From positions 1 through 40,014 of the IMG/VR virus record IMGVR_UViG_3300044983_000019: a stretch of DNA of 40,014 nt. One strand, written 5' to 3'. Numbering within the stretch: the first letter of the stretch is position 1; the number at the start of each line of letters is the position of its first letter. Below the pieces are notes generated by a model that was given only the letters and a program-made list of their open reading frames with translations, ran no database searches and had not been told where the DNA came from. Origin of the DNA: a virus. Taxonomy: Duplodnaviria > Caudoviricetes. Positions 8,170 to 16,042 of this stretch are shown in pieces. The position numbers and the translations under genes were made by a program.

Positions 8170-8380
8170 AGAAGAGCCATGGACGGACAAGCTGAACCGA
8201 GCATCAAAGAGGGCAATCCGTAAGAGAGTCCGTAAGGCTATGCAGCGAGTAAGACCTCGACTGACACACTGGGTCCAGGTAGAGTCAGCAGTCAACAGAC
8301 AGCTCCGAAAGGTTAAGCAAGATGCCAAGCGATCCGCCAGGCGGAGAGATCAGGAAGATCGATCATCGGAACATGAATGA
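8162..8380 (+). CDS. Arg/Lys-rich basic protein
   Basis: ATG at 8162 (alternative 8150) overlapping upstream stop; highly basic. Confidence 0.55.
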   Translation: MNEEEPWTDKLNRASKRAIRKRVRKAMQRVRPRLTHWVQVESAVNRQLRKVKQDAKRSARRRDQEDRSSEHE

Positions 8381-8501
8381 ATGGATCGACGTTCCGGACT
8401 CAGACTTTCAGGTTATGATCCGTAGCAATGATCCACTCGACATCCTATGGGTAAGGAAGACCCCGAAGCCTAAGCGAGGAAGACCAAGGAGGACGACATG
8501 A
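8373..8501 (+). CDS. 42-aa AT-hook microprotein
   Basis: MNEWIDVPDSDFQVMIRSNDPLDILWVRKTPKPKRGRPRRTT; ATGA overlap with MazG start; not in ORF track. Confidence 0.6.
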   Translation: MNEWIDVPDSDFQVMIRSNDPLDILWVRKTPKPKRGRPRRTT

Positions 8502-8776
8502 GGGAGAAGATTATGGATCTGAAGCTCTGGAAAGACGATGGGTTGTTCGATAAGGTCTACGCAGAGATGTATCGTGCTATTGATAAGCATGGGTTCAACC
8601 AGACTCCTGCCAATCCTGAGATGAACCCTATGGAGAAGGCAGTAATCCTCTTTGAGGAAGTCGGTGAGGTAGCCAGAGCTACTACGTACGATGGCTCTAA
8701 CAAAGATAACCTCAAGGAAGAGCTGATTCAGGTCGCAGCGATGGCACTGATGTTTGCTTCCAGCTTGGAGGAGTAA
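8498..8776 (+). CDS. MazG-like nucleotide pyrophosphohydrolase
   Basis: LFEEVGEVARA and LKEELIQVAAMA motifs. Confidence 0.85.
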   Translation: MREKIMDLKLWKDDGLFDKVYAEMYRAIDKHGFNQTPANPEMNPMEKAVILFEEVGEVARATTYDGSNKDNLKEELIQVAAMALMFASSLEE

Positions 8777-9057
8777 TGGCGCATCTGTTCATTGTCGGCC
8801 AACCTAAGTTCAGGTTCCAGACATACTGTCCGACCAGATCTTACAACGATAGATACAAGCTCCACACCCATGAGGGTAACGTCAAGCTGGCCGTCCGAAA
8901 CTACTGTCGGTATCACGAGGGCTATAAGACCCAGCAGGGTTCAATGTATATCTGGTACTGGAATCCTAAGCTCGGCTGGTATCATTGGCTACAGATCCTC
9001 CCGACTGACCAGTACTCAGACATCAAGTGGCCGAAGGAATACGGTGACATGGTCTAA
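8776..9057 (+). CDS. hypothetical protein (aromatic-rich)
   Basis: TAATG coupling, SD GGAGGAG. Confidence 0.7.
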   Translation: MAHLFIVGQPKFRFQTYCPTRSYNDRYKLHTHEGNVKLAVRNYCRYHEGYKTQQGSMYIWYWNPKLGWYHWLQILPTDQYSDIKWPKEYGDMV

Positions 9058-9364
9058 GATTCAGTGTCCATTTCATGACGACATACATCCATCATCACAG
9101 TTTTCAGACACAGGATGGTTCCGGTGTTTCGCTTGCGGAGTGAAGGGGCGACTGGTAGAATTGTTTATGACTCTGGGAGGCTTGAGTGAATCTAGTGCCA
9201 AAGCCAGAGCAGAGGAAGTCACTGACGGACGCTGCGAGATCTTATCACAATCAGATATTCGACAGCGAAGAACATTTGATGTACCTGAAGAGTCGCGGCG
9301 TGACGGAAGATCTGATGCGTTCCTTCGGTCTCGGCGCAGTAGTAGAACCAGATTCGAGCCATGA
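9044..9364 (+). CDS. DNA primase zinc-binding (CHC2) subunit
   Basis: CPFHDD...FRCFACG; GTG at 9044 after GAAGGA. Confidence 0.85.
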   Translation: MTWSKIQCPFHDDIHPSSQFSDTGWFRCFACGVKGRLVELFMTLGGLSESSAKARAEEVTDGRCEILSQSDIRQRRTFDVPEESRRDGRSDAFLRSRRSSRTRFEP

Positions 9365-9815
9365 AGATTTTCAAGGATGGATCTCCATTCCATACTCAAC
9401 ACCAGGAGGCATCGTATCCATCAGGTTTCGTCGTCTCCTTTCCGACGTGCAGCCTAAATACATGGACCTACCGGGAGAACCTCCAAGGCTATACAATCCT
9501 AGAGCTTTGTTCAGGGACGAAACTCTATTTGTATGTGAAGGGGAACTCGACGCCGTCGTTGCATGGGGTGCTGGCTTGGCGTCAGTCGCGGTCAATGGCG
9601 CTGAGAAGTGGAACAGGGTATTTGCGAGAATACTCAGCAACCGTGATGTCGCTGTCCTCCAGGACGGCGATGATGCAGGCAGAAAGTTTGCTAACAAGAT
9701 CTACAAAGACCTAGGTGGATGCAAGGTCGTAAAGATGCCTAAGGGTGAAGACGTCTCATCGTTCGTCACGGATCACGGAGTAGAAGCGTTCAGGGAGAAG
9801 GTCAATCATGTCTGA
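9186..9815 (+). CDS. DNA primase TOPRIM catalytic subunit
   Basis: YLKSRG, ISIPY, IRFR, PKY, VCEGELDA, LQDGDDAG, EDVS; SD GGGAGG before GTG. Confidence 0.9.
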   Translation: MNLVPKPEQRKSLTDAARSYHNQIFDSEEHLMYLKSRGVTEDLMRSFGLGAVVEPDSSHEDFQGWISIPYSTPGGIVSIRFRRLLSDVQPKYMDLPGEPPRLYNPRALFRDETLFVCEGELDAVVAWGAGLASVAVNGAEKWNRVFARILSNRDVAVLQDGDDAGRKFANKIYKDLGGCKVVKMPKGEDVSSFVTDHGVEAFREKVNHV

Positions 9816-10017
9816 TATGGTTATCATTCCTGTCAAGGAGATCGCTGGCAGGATTGCTCAGCGAGAGGTTCAGAACTTGGATGAAGACGAGCTATTTGGT
9901 AGACTCCTACTTGAGGACTTCGCTGACGAGATGTCCGATGACATGCTATTCGAGCTTGCTAGACAGGTCCGTAAGGAACTGAGCACGGCTAAGATGGAGT
10001 TGAAGTGGGAGAACTAG
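9808..10017 (+). CDS. hypothetical protein
   Basis: Operon packing, SD GAAGG. Confidence 0.65.
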   Translation: MSDMVIIPVKEIAGRIAQREVQNLDEDELFGRLLLEDFADEMSDDMLFELARQVRKELSTAKMELKWEN

Positions 10018-10346
10018 AAGAAGAGCCCCAGACCCCACAGGGAGTGGCTGACAAGATCGACCAGATCGTCGATGTTATGATGCAGCTAAATACGGTGATG
10101 ATCCACAAGGCCCGTAAGGCTGCAAGGATCTATATGGAGCTTCAGAGTGATCATCTGACTCAGGCAGAACGAGCCTTTGAGGTCGCTCAGCTCTGTGCTA
10201 TCGGAGCAAAGCTTGTCTCAGATATTACGGGTGATCTGATTACTGCCGAGTTTGATATCGGTGACCAACTATTCGATGAGTATAGTTCTCAGGAGACTAC
10301 AGACGATGAGGAGGGCGAGGAAGAAGATGAAGATCCTAGCAATTGA
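10005..10346 (+). CDS. hypothetical protein with highly acidic C-terminal tail
   Basis: GGAG SD; tail DDEEGEEEDEDPSN. Confidence 0.65.
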   Translation: MGELEEEPQTPQGVADKIDQIVDVMMQLNTVMIHKARKAARIYMELQSDHLTQAERAFEVAQLCAIGAKLVSDITGDLITAEFDIGDQLFDEYSSQETTDDEEGEEEDEDPSN

Positions 10347-11061
10347 CATCGAGACGTCCCCGAACCTCGCTGATGTCTGGGGGCTCTGGAATCAGAACAT
10401 CTCACTGTCTCAGCTCCGTGAGTCTAGTAGGACGATGTGCTTCGGAGCGAAGTTCATTGGAGAGAGAAAGAGTTTCTTCTTTTCTGAGTTCCATAATGGC
10501 TACTCTGATATGGTCGCTGCTGCACACGATCTGATGTCGACGGCCGATGTACTTGTCCATTGGAACGGCAAGAAGTTCGATGTTCCTACTCTGAACAAAG
10601 AGATCCTTCTCGAAGATCTTGCTCCCCCCGCTCCATTCAAGGAGCTAGACCTGATGCTAGAGTGCAGGAAGCACTTCAGGTTCCCTAGCAATAAGCTGGA
10701 CTATGTAGCAAACATCCTTGGTCTTGGCAGCAAGGTCAAGCATGAAGGTCATATCCTCTGGCAGAAGTGTCTCACTGGCGACAAGGACGCTTGGCGGAAG
10801 ATGAAGACCTACAACATGCAGGATGTATATCTTCTAGAGGGGATCTACAATAAGACACTACCGTGGCTCAACCATCCCCACAGAGGTCTTTATGCAGGAA
10901 TCGAAACTAGCTGCCCTAACTGTCCGAGCGCAGACAGCAGAAGAGAAGGCTATGCCTATCTTGAGACCGGTAAGTATCAGCGATACCAATGTCTCGGGTG
11001 TGGAAAATGGTTCAGAGGGACTAAGCGAGTCGACTCCGTCAACACCAAGGGAGTACAGTGA
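10327..11061 (+). CDS. DnaQ/RNase H-like 3'-5' exonuclease with C-terminal zinc ribbon
   Basis: IDIET, HWNGKKFDVP, YNMQDV; CPNC...CLGCG; ATG at 10327 after GAGGA. Confidence 0.88.
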   Translation: MKILAIDIETSPNLADVWGLWNQNISLSQLRESSRTMCFGAKFIGERKSFFFSEFHNGYSDMVAAAHDLMSTADVLVHWNGKKFDVPTLNKEILLEDLAPPAPFKELDLMLECRKHFRFPSNKLDYVANILGLGSKVKHEGHILWQKCLTGDKDAWRKMKTYNMQDVYLLEGIYNKTLPWLNHPHRGLYAGIETSCPNCPSADSRREGYAYLETGKYQRYQCLGCGKWFRGTKRVDSVNTKGVQ

Positions 11062-11681
11062 CGCTACAGCTTACTCCCGAAGAGGTAGCTAAATGGGATG
11101 ACCTGATCACTAGAGTCTCTCGTTCAGTTTCTAGGGACTTCCCTGATCTAGAGACTGACGATCTCTACCAGGATCTCTGGGAAGATCTACTTACTGGTGA
11201 CCATCATATCTATCTCGACGAACCTTGGATTAAGGCCCACCTTCTACGCCGTGGTCGGTGGGTCGCTTGGGAACGTCGCAGAGAGAACCTCCAGTGGTCC
11301 AGCCAGTACACTTATCGACCTAGTGATATCCGTCTGATGCTCAAGACAGTCTTTCGTCAAGAGGACTGGGATAAGATCTTCCTACCGGGTGACGCTACCG
11401 AGGAAGAGAACCGGAGTGCTAGACTGGACATGGCCGTCGACCTGTCATGGGCCCTCGACCAGCTCAGCGACGCACACTACGCGGTTATCAAGGAGCACTA
11501 TGGAGATCAGGTTGTATTCGCAAGGGACTCTGCGGAATCTAAGATGCTCTATCGTGCCGAGCTAAGACTGACAGATGTACTGAATACCTATCGTGGGAAG
11601 CAGTCACCCAAGATTCCCAGAAGAACGATGTCTAATGCGAAGGCTAACTATATTCTCCAGGAGTTGACAGATGGATCCTAA
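11058..11681 (+). CDS. sigma-70-like / DNA-binding protein
   Basis: Region-2-like DDLYQDLW and region-4-like DLSWALDQLSDAHYAVIKEHY...RAELRLTDVLN. Confidence 0.6.
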   Translation: MTLQLTPEEVAKWDDLITRVSRSVSRDFPDLETDDLYQDLWEDLLTGDHHIYLDEPWIKAHLLRRGRWVAWERRRENLQWSSQYTYRPSDIRLMLKTVFRQEDWDKIFLPGDATEEENRSARLDMAVDLSWALDQLSDAHYAVIKEHYGDQVVFARDSAESKMLYRAELRLTDVLNTYRGKQSPKIPRRTMSNAKANYILQELTDGS

Positions 11682-11940
11682 CGAAGACGAAGAAACCGGC
11701 CACATTAGAGTCTGGGGACTAGAGCAGCCGATCAGGGAAGTGCCTGCATTCGCTAAGCCTAAGTACACAGAGCGAGAGAAGGCCCTGTTCAAGGAGCTGA
11801 ACAAGATCGAGAGTGTCCTCGCTGGTGCCCTAGGGTATGACTACGATGAGGACTACGGTTGGAACATCGGTGAGCATACTGCTTACACTCTTGCTATCGA
11901 AGCTGCTCTAGCGTTGAAGGAGAAGCACGGGGATGTCTGA
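11671..11940 (+). CDS. hypothetical protein
   Basis: AGGAG SD. Confidence 0.7.
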   Translation: MDPNEDEETGHIRVWGLEQPIREVPAFAKPKYTEREKALFKELNKIESVLAGALGYDYDEDYGWNIGEHTAYTLAIEAALALKEKHGDV

Positions 11941-12499
11941 AGAGAGATATGTCGATCCTGACACCGGCGCAGAGAAGGGCAAGAAGGCAGAAGAGTTTGC
12001 CTATATGCCAGTCAAGCCTCTAGAGGCTGTCGCTAGAGTCTACGGGATGGGTGCGAAGAAGTACGAACCCAGAAACTGGGAACGTGGCTATGACTGGTCA
12101 CTTAGCTATAGCGCTCTTCAGCGACACCTGCATGCATTCTGGGGTGGTGAGGATACTGATCCTGAATCAGGAGAGTCACATCTAGCTCATGCTGTCTTCC
12201 ACTGTCTAGCTCTGATGGACTTCTCAGAGACTCATCCTGAGAAGGATGACCGCTCTGTAGAGCGACAGTTTCTAAGCTATCCTGTCAACATCATTCCAGA
12301 AGAAGTTGAGCTGGAGTGGGTTAATGGATACTGTGAGTCTGATCTTGGGCCTCATAAGCATGGATTCTATAATGGTTCGGAGCGATATGAAACAGGTTGT
12401 CCACGGCGAGCATGTGGTACGTGCATCGACGAGAACGGTTGTAACTACGGCTTGGCTGGACATCTGATCACCTGTCTTAAAGCACAGAAGGCATACTAG
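11933..12499 (+). CDS. dATP/dGTP diphosphohydrolase domain protein (DUF5664) with Cys/His-rich C-terminal extension
   Basis: GAKKYEPRNWERG, SALQRHL, GEDTDPESGESHLAHA. Confidence 0.88.
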   Translation: MSEERYVDPDTGAEKGKKAEEFAYMPVKPLEAVARVYGMGAKKYEPRNWERGYDWSLSYSALQRHLHAFWGGEDTDPESGESHLAHAVFHCLALMDFSETHPEKDDRSVERQFLSYPVNIIPEEVELEWVNGYCESDLGPHKHGFYNGSERYETGCPRRACGTCIDENGCNYGLAGHLITCLKAQKAY

Positions 12500-12879
12500 T
12501 GACGTCGTTCAAGACTCCACCTAGAGGAGAGCTTAAGTGGCTCGCTGTAGATCTCGATGACACGATCGCTAAGGGTGTCTGGACTCCTGAATCTGCCGAT
12601 CCAGGTATAGGTCCTCCCAAGTGGGAGAACATTGACAAGATGGTAATGGCCTATCATTCAGGCTGGAAGATTATCATTCATACATCACGTCCTTGGCATG
12701 ACTACGAGATGATCGAGAGTTGGCTCTTCCACTGGCCTTACTACGATTACTGGTTCTATCAGGAGACTAGGCTAAGTCAGTACGTCTCTCGTATCGTCTG
12801 TGGTAAACTACTAGCAGCAGCATATATCGATGACAGAGCTATTCACGAGTCGGAGGATTCATGGGTTCCGAAGAAGTGA
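12499..12879 (+). CDS. HAD-superfamily phosphatase
   Basis: AVDLDDTI (motif I), HTSR (II), GK (III), YIDDRA (IV). Confidence 0.8.
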   Translation: MTSFKTPPRGELKWLAVDLDDTIAKGVWTPESADPGIGPPKWENIDKMVMAYHSGWKIIIHTSRPWHDYEMIESWLFHWPYYDYWFYQETRLSQYVSRIVCGKLLAAAYIDDRAIHESEDSWVPKK

Positions 12880-13007
12880 TCATCTGTGATGATGATTGTT
12901 TCTGCTGTTGCTCACGAGACTGCCCTTGTGCAGTAGGAACATACGATGACACTCCAAACTGTTCAGAAGAATGCGTCTGCCGATGCAACAACAAGAAGGA
13001 ATGGTAA
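12876..13007 (+). CDS. 43-aa metallothionein-like Cys-rich protein
   Basis: MIICDDDCFCCCSRDCPCAVGTYDDTPNCSEECVCRCNNKKEW (11 Cys); GTGA coupling; ends 1 nt before the next ATG; not in ORF track. Confidence 0.65.
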   Translation: MIICDDDCFCCCSRDCPCAVGTYDDTPNCSEECVCRCNNKKEW

Positions 13008-13008
13008 A

Positions 13009-13299
13009 ATGGCCGAAGAGACGACAAACGACGAGTTCTGGAAGGAACTCGGGATGCCAGCAGGAATGCTAGCCAGCGTTGATCAGTTCGACATGACTGT
13101 CAAGCAGAACATCGAAGCAGCAGTCACGGCGCTGACCATTGCTGAAGATGCTGGGATGGTAACTCCGCCTAGCTACATGGCCGTCGTCCTCGCTAAGGAG
13201 CTTGGACTCAATCCTACTGATGTCGAGGACCCTCTCGTCAAGATGACGTACATGTATATCTATGCTCTGTACGCTCTCAAGAAGGAATGGCACGAGTGA
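13009..13299 (+). CDS. hypothetical protein
   Basis: ATG 13009 after GAAGGA preferred over track start 12946. Confidence 0.7.
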   Translation: MAEETTNDEFWKELGMPAGMLASVDQFDMTVKQNIEAAVTALTIAEDAGMVTPPSYMAVVLAKELGLNPTDVEDPLVKMTYMYIYALYALKKEWHE

Positions 13300-13481
13300 C
13301 TGCGTCTATTGACCTTCTTGCGAATGAAGAGTCCAGGACGATGGCCCATAGGATCATCAGATTCTTTGCTTCGCATAAACGAGACTGTCACTGCTTCATC
13401 TGTCGTAATCTGACAGAGGAAGAACGTGAGTGGTTGATGCAGCATCAGGCAGCTTTCGGGAGAGGGATCAGAGGTAGATGA
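13296..13481 (+). CDS. small protein with HxxxCxCxxC motif
   Basis: GTGA coupling; HKRDCHCFIC. Confidence 0.6.
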   Translation: MTASIDLLANEESRTMAHRIIRFFASHKRDCHCFICRNLTEEEREWLMQHQAAFGRGIRGR

Positions 13482-14176
13482 AGGTAAGTCTCATTGCTCA
13501 GACAGTGTTTAGCAATTTTGATGATGGTATCTATAATTCGGATTATGAACCTCATTGGAATAGTGCAACATACGAATATGACATTGATGAACTAGCAGAG
13601 TTCGCTGGCAGACTTTGTTACCAGTCGTGGGATCGTCCTAATCCTGAGACTGCTACCAATACAGGCTATCTAGCCAATATCCTGAAGCAGAAGCACTTCT
13701 CTGTCCTAGAGCATGCTACTGCTACATTCCTTATTCAGGGTGTGTCACGGAGCCTTACTCATGAGCTGGTCAGACATCGTCATCTAAGCTACTCTCAGTT
13801 GTCACAGAGGTACGTCGACTCGAAGAACATGGGTGTAGTCATCCCTCCGGCGATCTACAACCTCCCGGCTGGTGAGTTCGAGCAGGCGAGGGATGCTATC
13901 ATCGACCTGTTCAACCGTGCACTGCTGGATTATGACCTACTCGTCGTGACTCTCGAAGAGCACGGCTTCAATCGGAAACAGGCTAGAGAGGCAGCTAGAG
14001 CAGTCCTCCCGAATGCTACTGAGACAGAGATCGTAGTCACTGGTAACATGAGAGCTTGGAGGGATGTTATCGACAAGAGGAATACGCCTCATGCTGATGC
14101 TGAGATCCAAGAGCTTGCAGAGAAGCTGCTGTTCGAGCTGAACAGGATCGCTCCTAACACCTTCCAGGATATGTGA
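13478..14176 (+). CDS. thyX: FAD-dependent thymidylate synthase
   Basis: AGRLCY, HFSVLEH, THELVRHRHLSYSQLSQRY signature, AREAARAVLPN, GNMRAW. Confidence 0.97.
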   Translation: MKVSLIAQTVFSNFDDGIYNSDYEPHWNSATYEYDIDELAEFAGRLCYQSWDRPNPETATNTGYLANILKQKHFSVLEHATATFLIQGVSRSLTHELVRHRHLSYSQLSQRYVDSKNMGVVIPPAIYNLPAGEFEQARDAIIDLFNRALLDYDLLVVTLEEHGFNRKQAREAARAVLPNATETEIVVTGNMRAWRDVIDKRNTPHADAEIQELAEKLLFELNRIAPNTFQDM

Positions 14177-14182
14177 GGATAG

Positions 14183-14353
14183 ATGGAACTCTACGTCGTA
14201 GTCTATGAATCAGGCAAGCTGGCTCTGGGATTTCCTAACAAGGTCAGAGCATATGACAATGAATCTCAGGCTAAGGCTACAGCTACTCGCTTTACTAGGC
14301 GGAGCAGGGGGGACCATAAGTTCAGGGTTGTCAAGTACGTTCCGTTTGAGTGA
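14183..14353 (+). CDS. 56-aa hypothetical protein (MELYVVVYESGK...)
   Basis: GAGGA SD; fills the gap; not in ORF track. Confidence 0.6.
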   Translation: MELYVVVYESGKLALGFPNKVRAYDNESQAKATATRFTRRSRGDHKFRVVKYVPFE

Positions 14354-14363
14354 GGAGGAATAG

Positions 14364-14825
14364 ATGCCGTATTCGTATCCTGTAATTATCGAGATCCTGG
14401 AGCTTGCCCATGAACTAGGAGAGATTCCTGAATTCAGGGTTACCGACACAGCTCCGTGGGTCAAAGCGTATACAACTCCAGGCGGTACGTTTGTCCCCGA
14501 AGGTTGGAAGGACAGACCGAGGAACGACGGTTGGCACTGGTATGGTAAGGCTGTAGATATCGGTGGATACAACCAGAAGGTGCTAGCTGATTGGTGGCTC
14601 AGACACGAAGGCATCCTTCTTGAGCTGATTCATAAGCTGACTCCTGGTCGTGGGTATGTCGTTCAGTGGTATACCGAGAAGACTTGGACACCAGCCTGGA
14701 ACCATGAAGACCATGTTCATGTAGCTATGGACTGGCTTGCAGCAGTCAAGCTCAGAGACGAACTAAAGGCTAAACTTGCAGAGAAGAACAAACAGACCGT
14801 AGTACTAGGGCAGTGGGTAGGATGA
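14364..14825 (+). CDS. putative zinc peptidoglycan peptidase (M15-like), lysin component
   Basis: HWYGKAVDI (H-x6-D) and NHEDHVHVA zinc motifs, the same pattern as the tape-measure domain. Confidence 0.7.
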   Translation: MPYSYPVIIEILELAHELGEIPEFRVTDTAPWVKAYTTPGGTFVPEGWKDRPRNDGWHWYGKAVDIGGYNQKVLADWWLRHEGILLELIHKLTPGRGYVVQWYTEKTWTPAWNHEDHVHVAMDWLAAVKLRDELKAKLAEKNKQTVVLGQWVG

Positions 14826-15562
14826 CAATCTTCGGATGTGACTTCTCAGACTACGACTGGGATCGTGGGTCTATGAACATGTCAGCTATGAGGGCTGACG
14901 GGATCTCGTTCGTAACCCACAAGTTGACAGAGCTAGCTGGTAACGGTGCTGTCTTCTACCACAGCAACATCAAAGAGTTCTGGAACAGAAGTCTTAAGGC
15001 AGGGTTCCCGTTTATCGGATGCTACGTAGTAGTCAGATCTGATGTATCGGTAGCTCAGCAGGTAGCTACAGCACTGAGGTATGTCAACCATACGTGGCTA
15101 GACTTCCCTGGTTTCTTCTGGCAAGTAGATACTGAGCGATGGCCGTATGACAGTGTCAAGCTGTCACAGGGGACAGAAATGTGTCGTCAACTAGAAGCTG
15201 TGACGGGTAAGCAGGCAGTGCACTATGCTTCAGTCGGTCAGTATGGACTGTCGTGGCATCAGCCTTACCCTCGCTGGAATGCAAGGTATCCTCTCTGGGA
15301 TAATGGAACAGCGACGTCATACAGGGCTCACTACCGAGCAGCCTATAATATGGCTGGTGGAGATCGTGGGAGTGGCTGGTTGGACTCTACTAAGATCTGG
15401 CAGTATACCGATAACGGTATTGTAGGCAAGCAGGTCAGAGTAGATTGCAACGCATATAAGGGTACTGAAGCTGACTTCGGTAAGATGATTGGCGCACACG
15501 AGTTCGCTCCACCTGCATCAGTGTCGAGTACTACTAACTCTATTAGTGTTTGGATGGGATAA
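14822..15562 (+). CDS. endolysin, GH25 muramidase
   Basis: GCDFSDY, FVTHKLTE, QVDTE (DxE), IWQYTD, VDCN; ATGA coupling. Confidence 0.88.
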   Translation: MTIFGCDFSDYDWDRGSMNMSAMRADGISFVTHKLTELAGNGAVFYHSNIKEFWNRSLKAGFPFIGCYVVVRSDVSVAQQVATALRYVNHTWLDFPGFFWQVDTERWPYDSVKLSQGTEMCRQLEAVTGKQAVHYASVGQYGLSWHQPYPRWNARYPLWDNGTATSYRAHYRAAYNMAGGDRGSGWLDSTKIWQYTDNGIVGKQVRVDCNAYKGTEADFGKMIGAHEFAPPASVSSTTNSISVWMG

Positions 15563-15931
15563 ATGTCGTATCTAGTTATTCTTGCTGGTTCAGTCAAGGA
15601 CCAGGGCTACAAGTTCAAGGGCGTAGGTGTACTTACTACTAACATCGCTGACTACGAGAAGCTGACTGGTGGCGTAGACTCACAGCAGATTGTGACTACG
15701 AATGTGACGAAGTCTGGTGGCTCACTCTGGCTCGCTCATGAAGGCACCAGTCCTATTCCCGTCGTTGTGTCATACGTCCGTGAAGGTACTGTGACCCGTC
15801 AGGTCGTCCTTGCTCAGCCTGGGAACCTCAACACGAGGGTTAGCCTGCCGGACAAGATGACGCGGCTCACACTGTCCAGAGCGAATGAATCGACTGTTCC
15901 ACTCGGGTGGTCCATCCAGATCGCTATCTGA
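15563..15931 (+). CDS. beta-rich protein, possible stand-alone cell-wall-binding lysin subunit
   Basis: In frame directly after the lysin stop (TAA-ATG); last gene of the rightward arm. Confidence 0.55.
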   Translation: MSYLVILAGSVKDQGYKFKGVGVLTTNIADYEKLTGGVDSQQIVTTNVTKSGGSLWLAHEGTSPIPVVVSYVREGTVTRQVVLAQPGNLNTRVSLPDKMTRLTLSRANESTVPLGWSIQIAI

Positions 15932-15977
15932 CAGCTCAGACCCTCATTCCACACCAAGCAGTATTTCACCAGGGCAC

Positions 15978-16016
15978 AAAAAAAGGGAGCCCCTACCCGA
16001 AGGTAGGGGCTCTTTC
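15978..16016. terminator. bidirectional intrinsic terminator at arm convergence
   Basis: 13-bp stem GGGAGCCCCTACC/GGTAGGGGCTCTT; minus strand has a C(UUCG)G loop followed by U7. Confidence 0.9.
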
Positions 16017-16042
16017 CTGTCCGCTCTCAGAACTTACAGAAG

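Noticed and set aside
8792-9043. N-terminal extension of the primase zinc-binding ORF
   Set aside because: Overlaps the coupled gene 8776-9057; the GTG at 9044 with an SD is the better start.
11933-12499. dZ (2-aminoadenine) genome system
   Set aside because: No PurZ or dedicated polymerase in the window; DUF5664 alone is insufficient.
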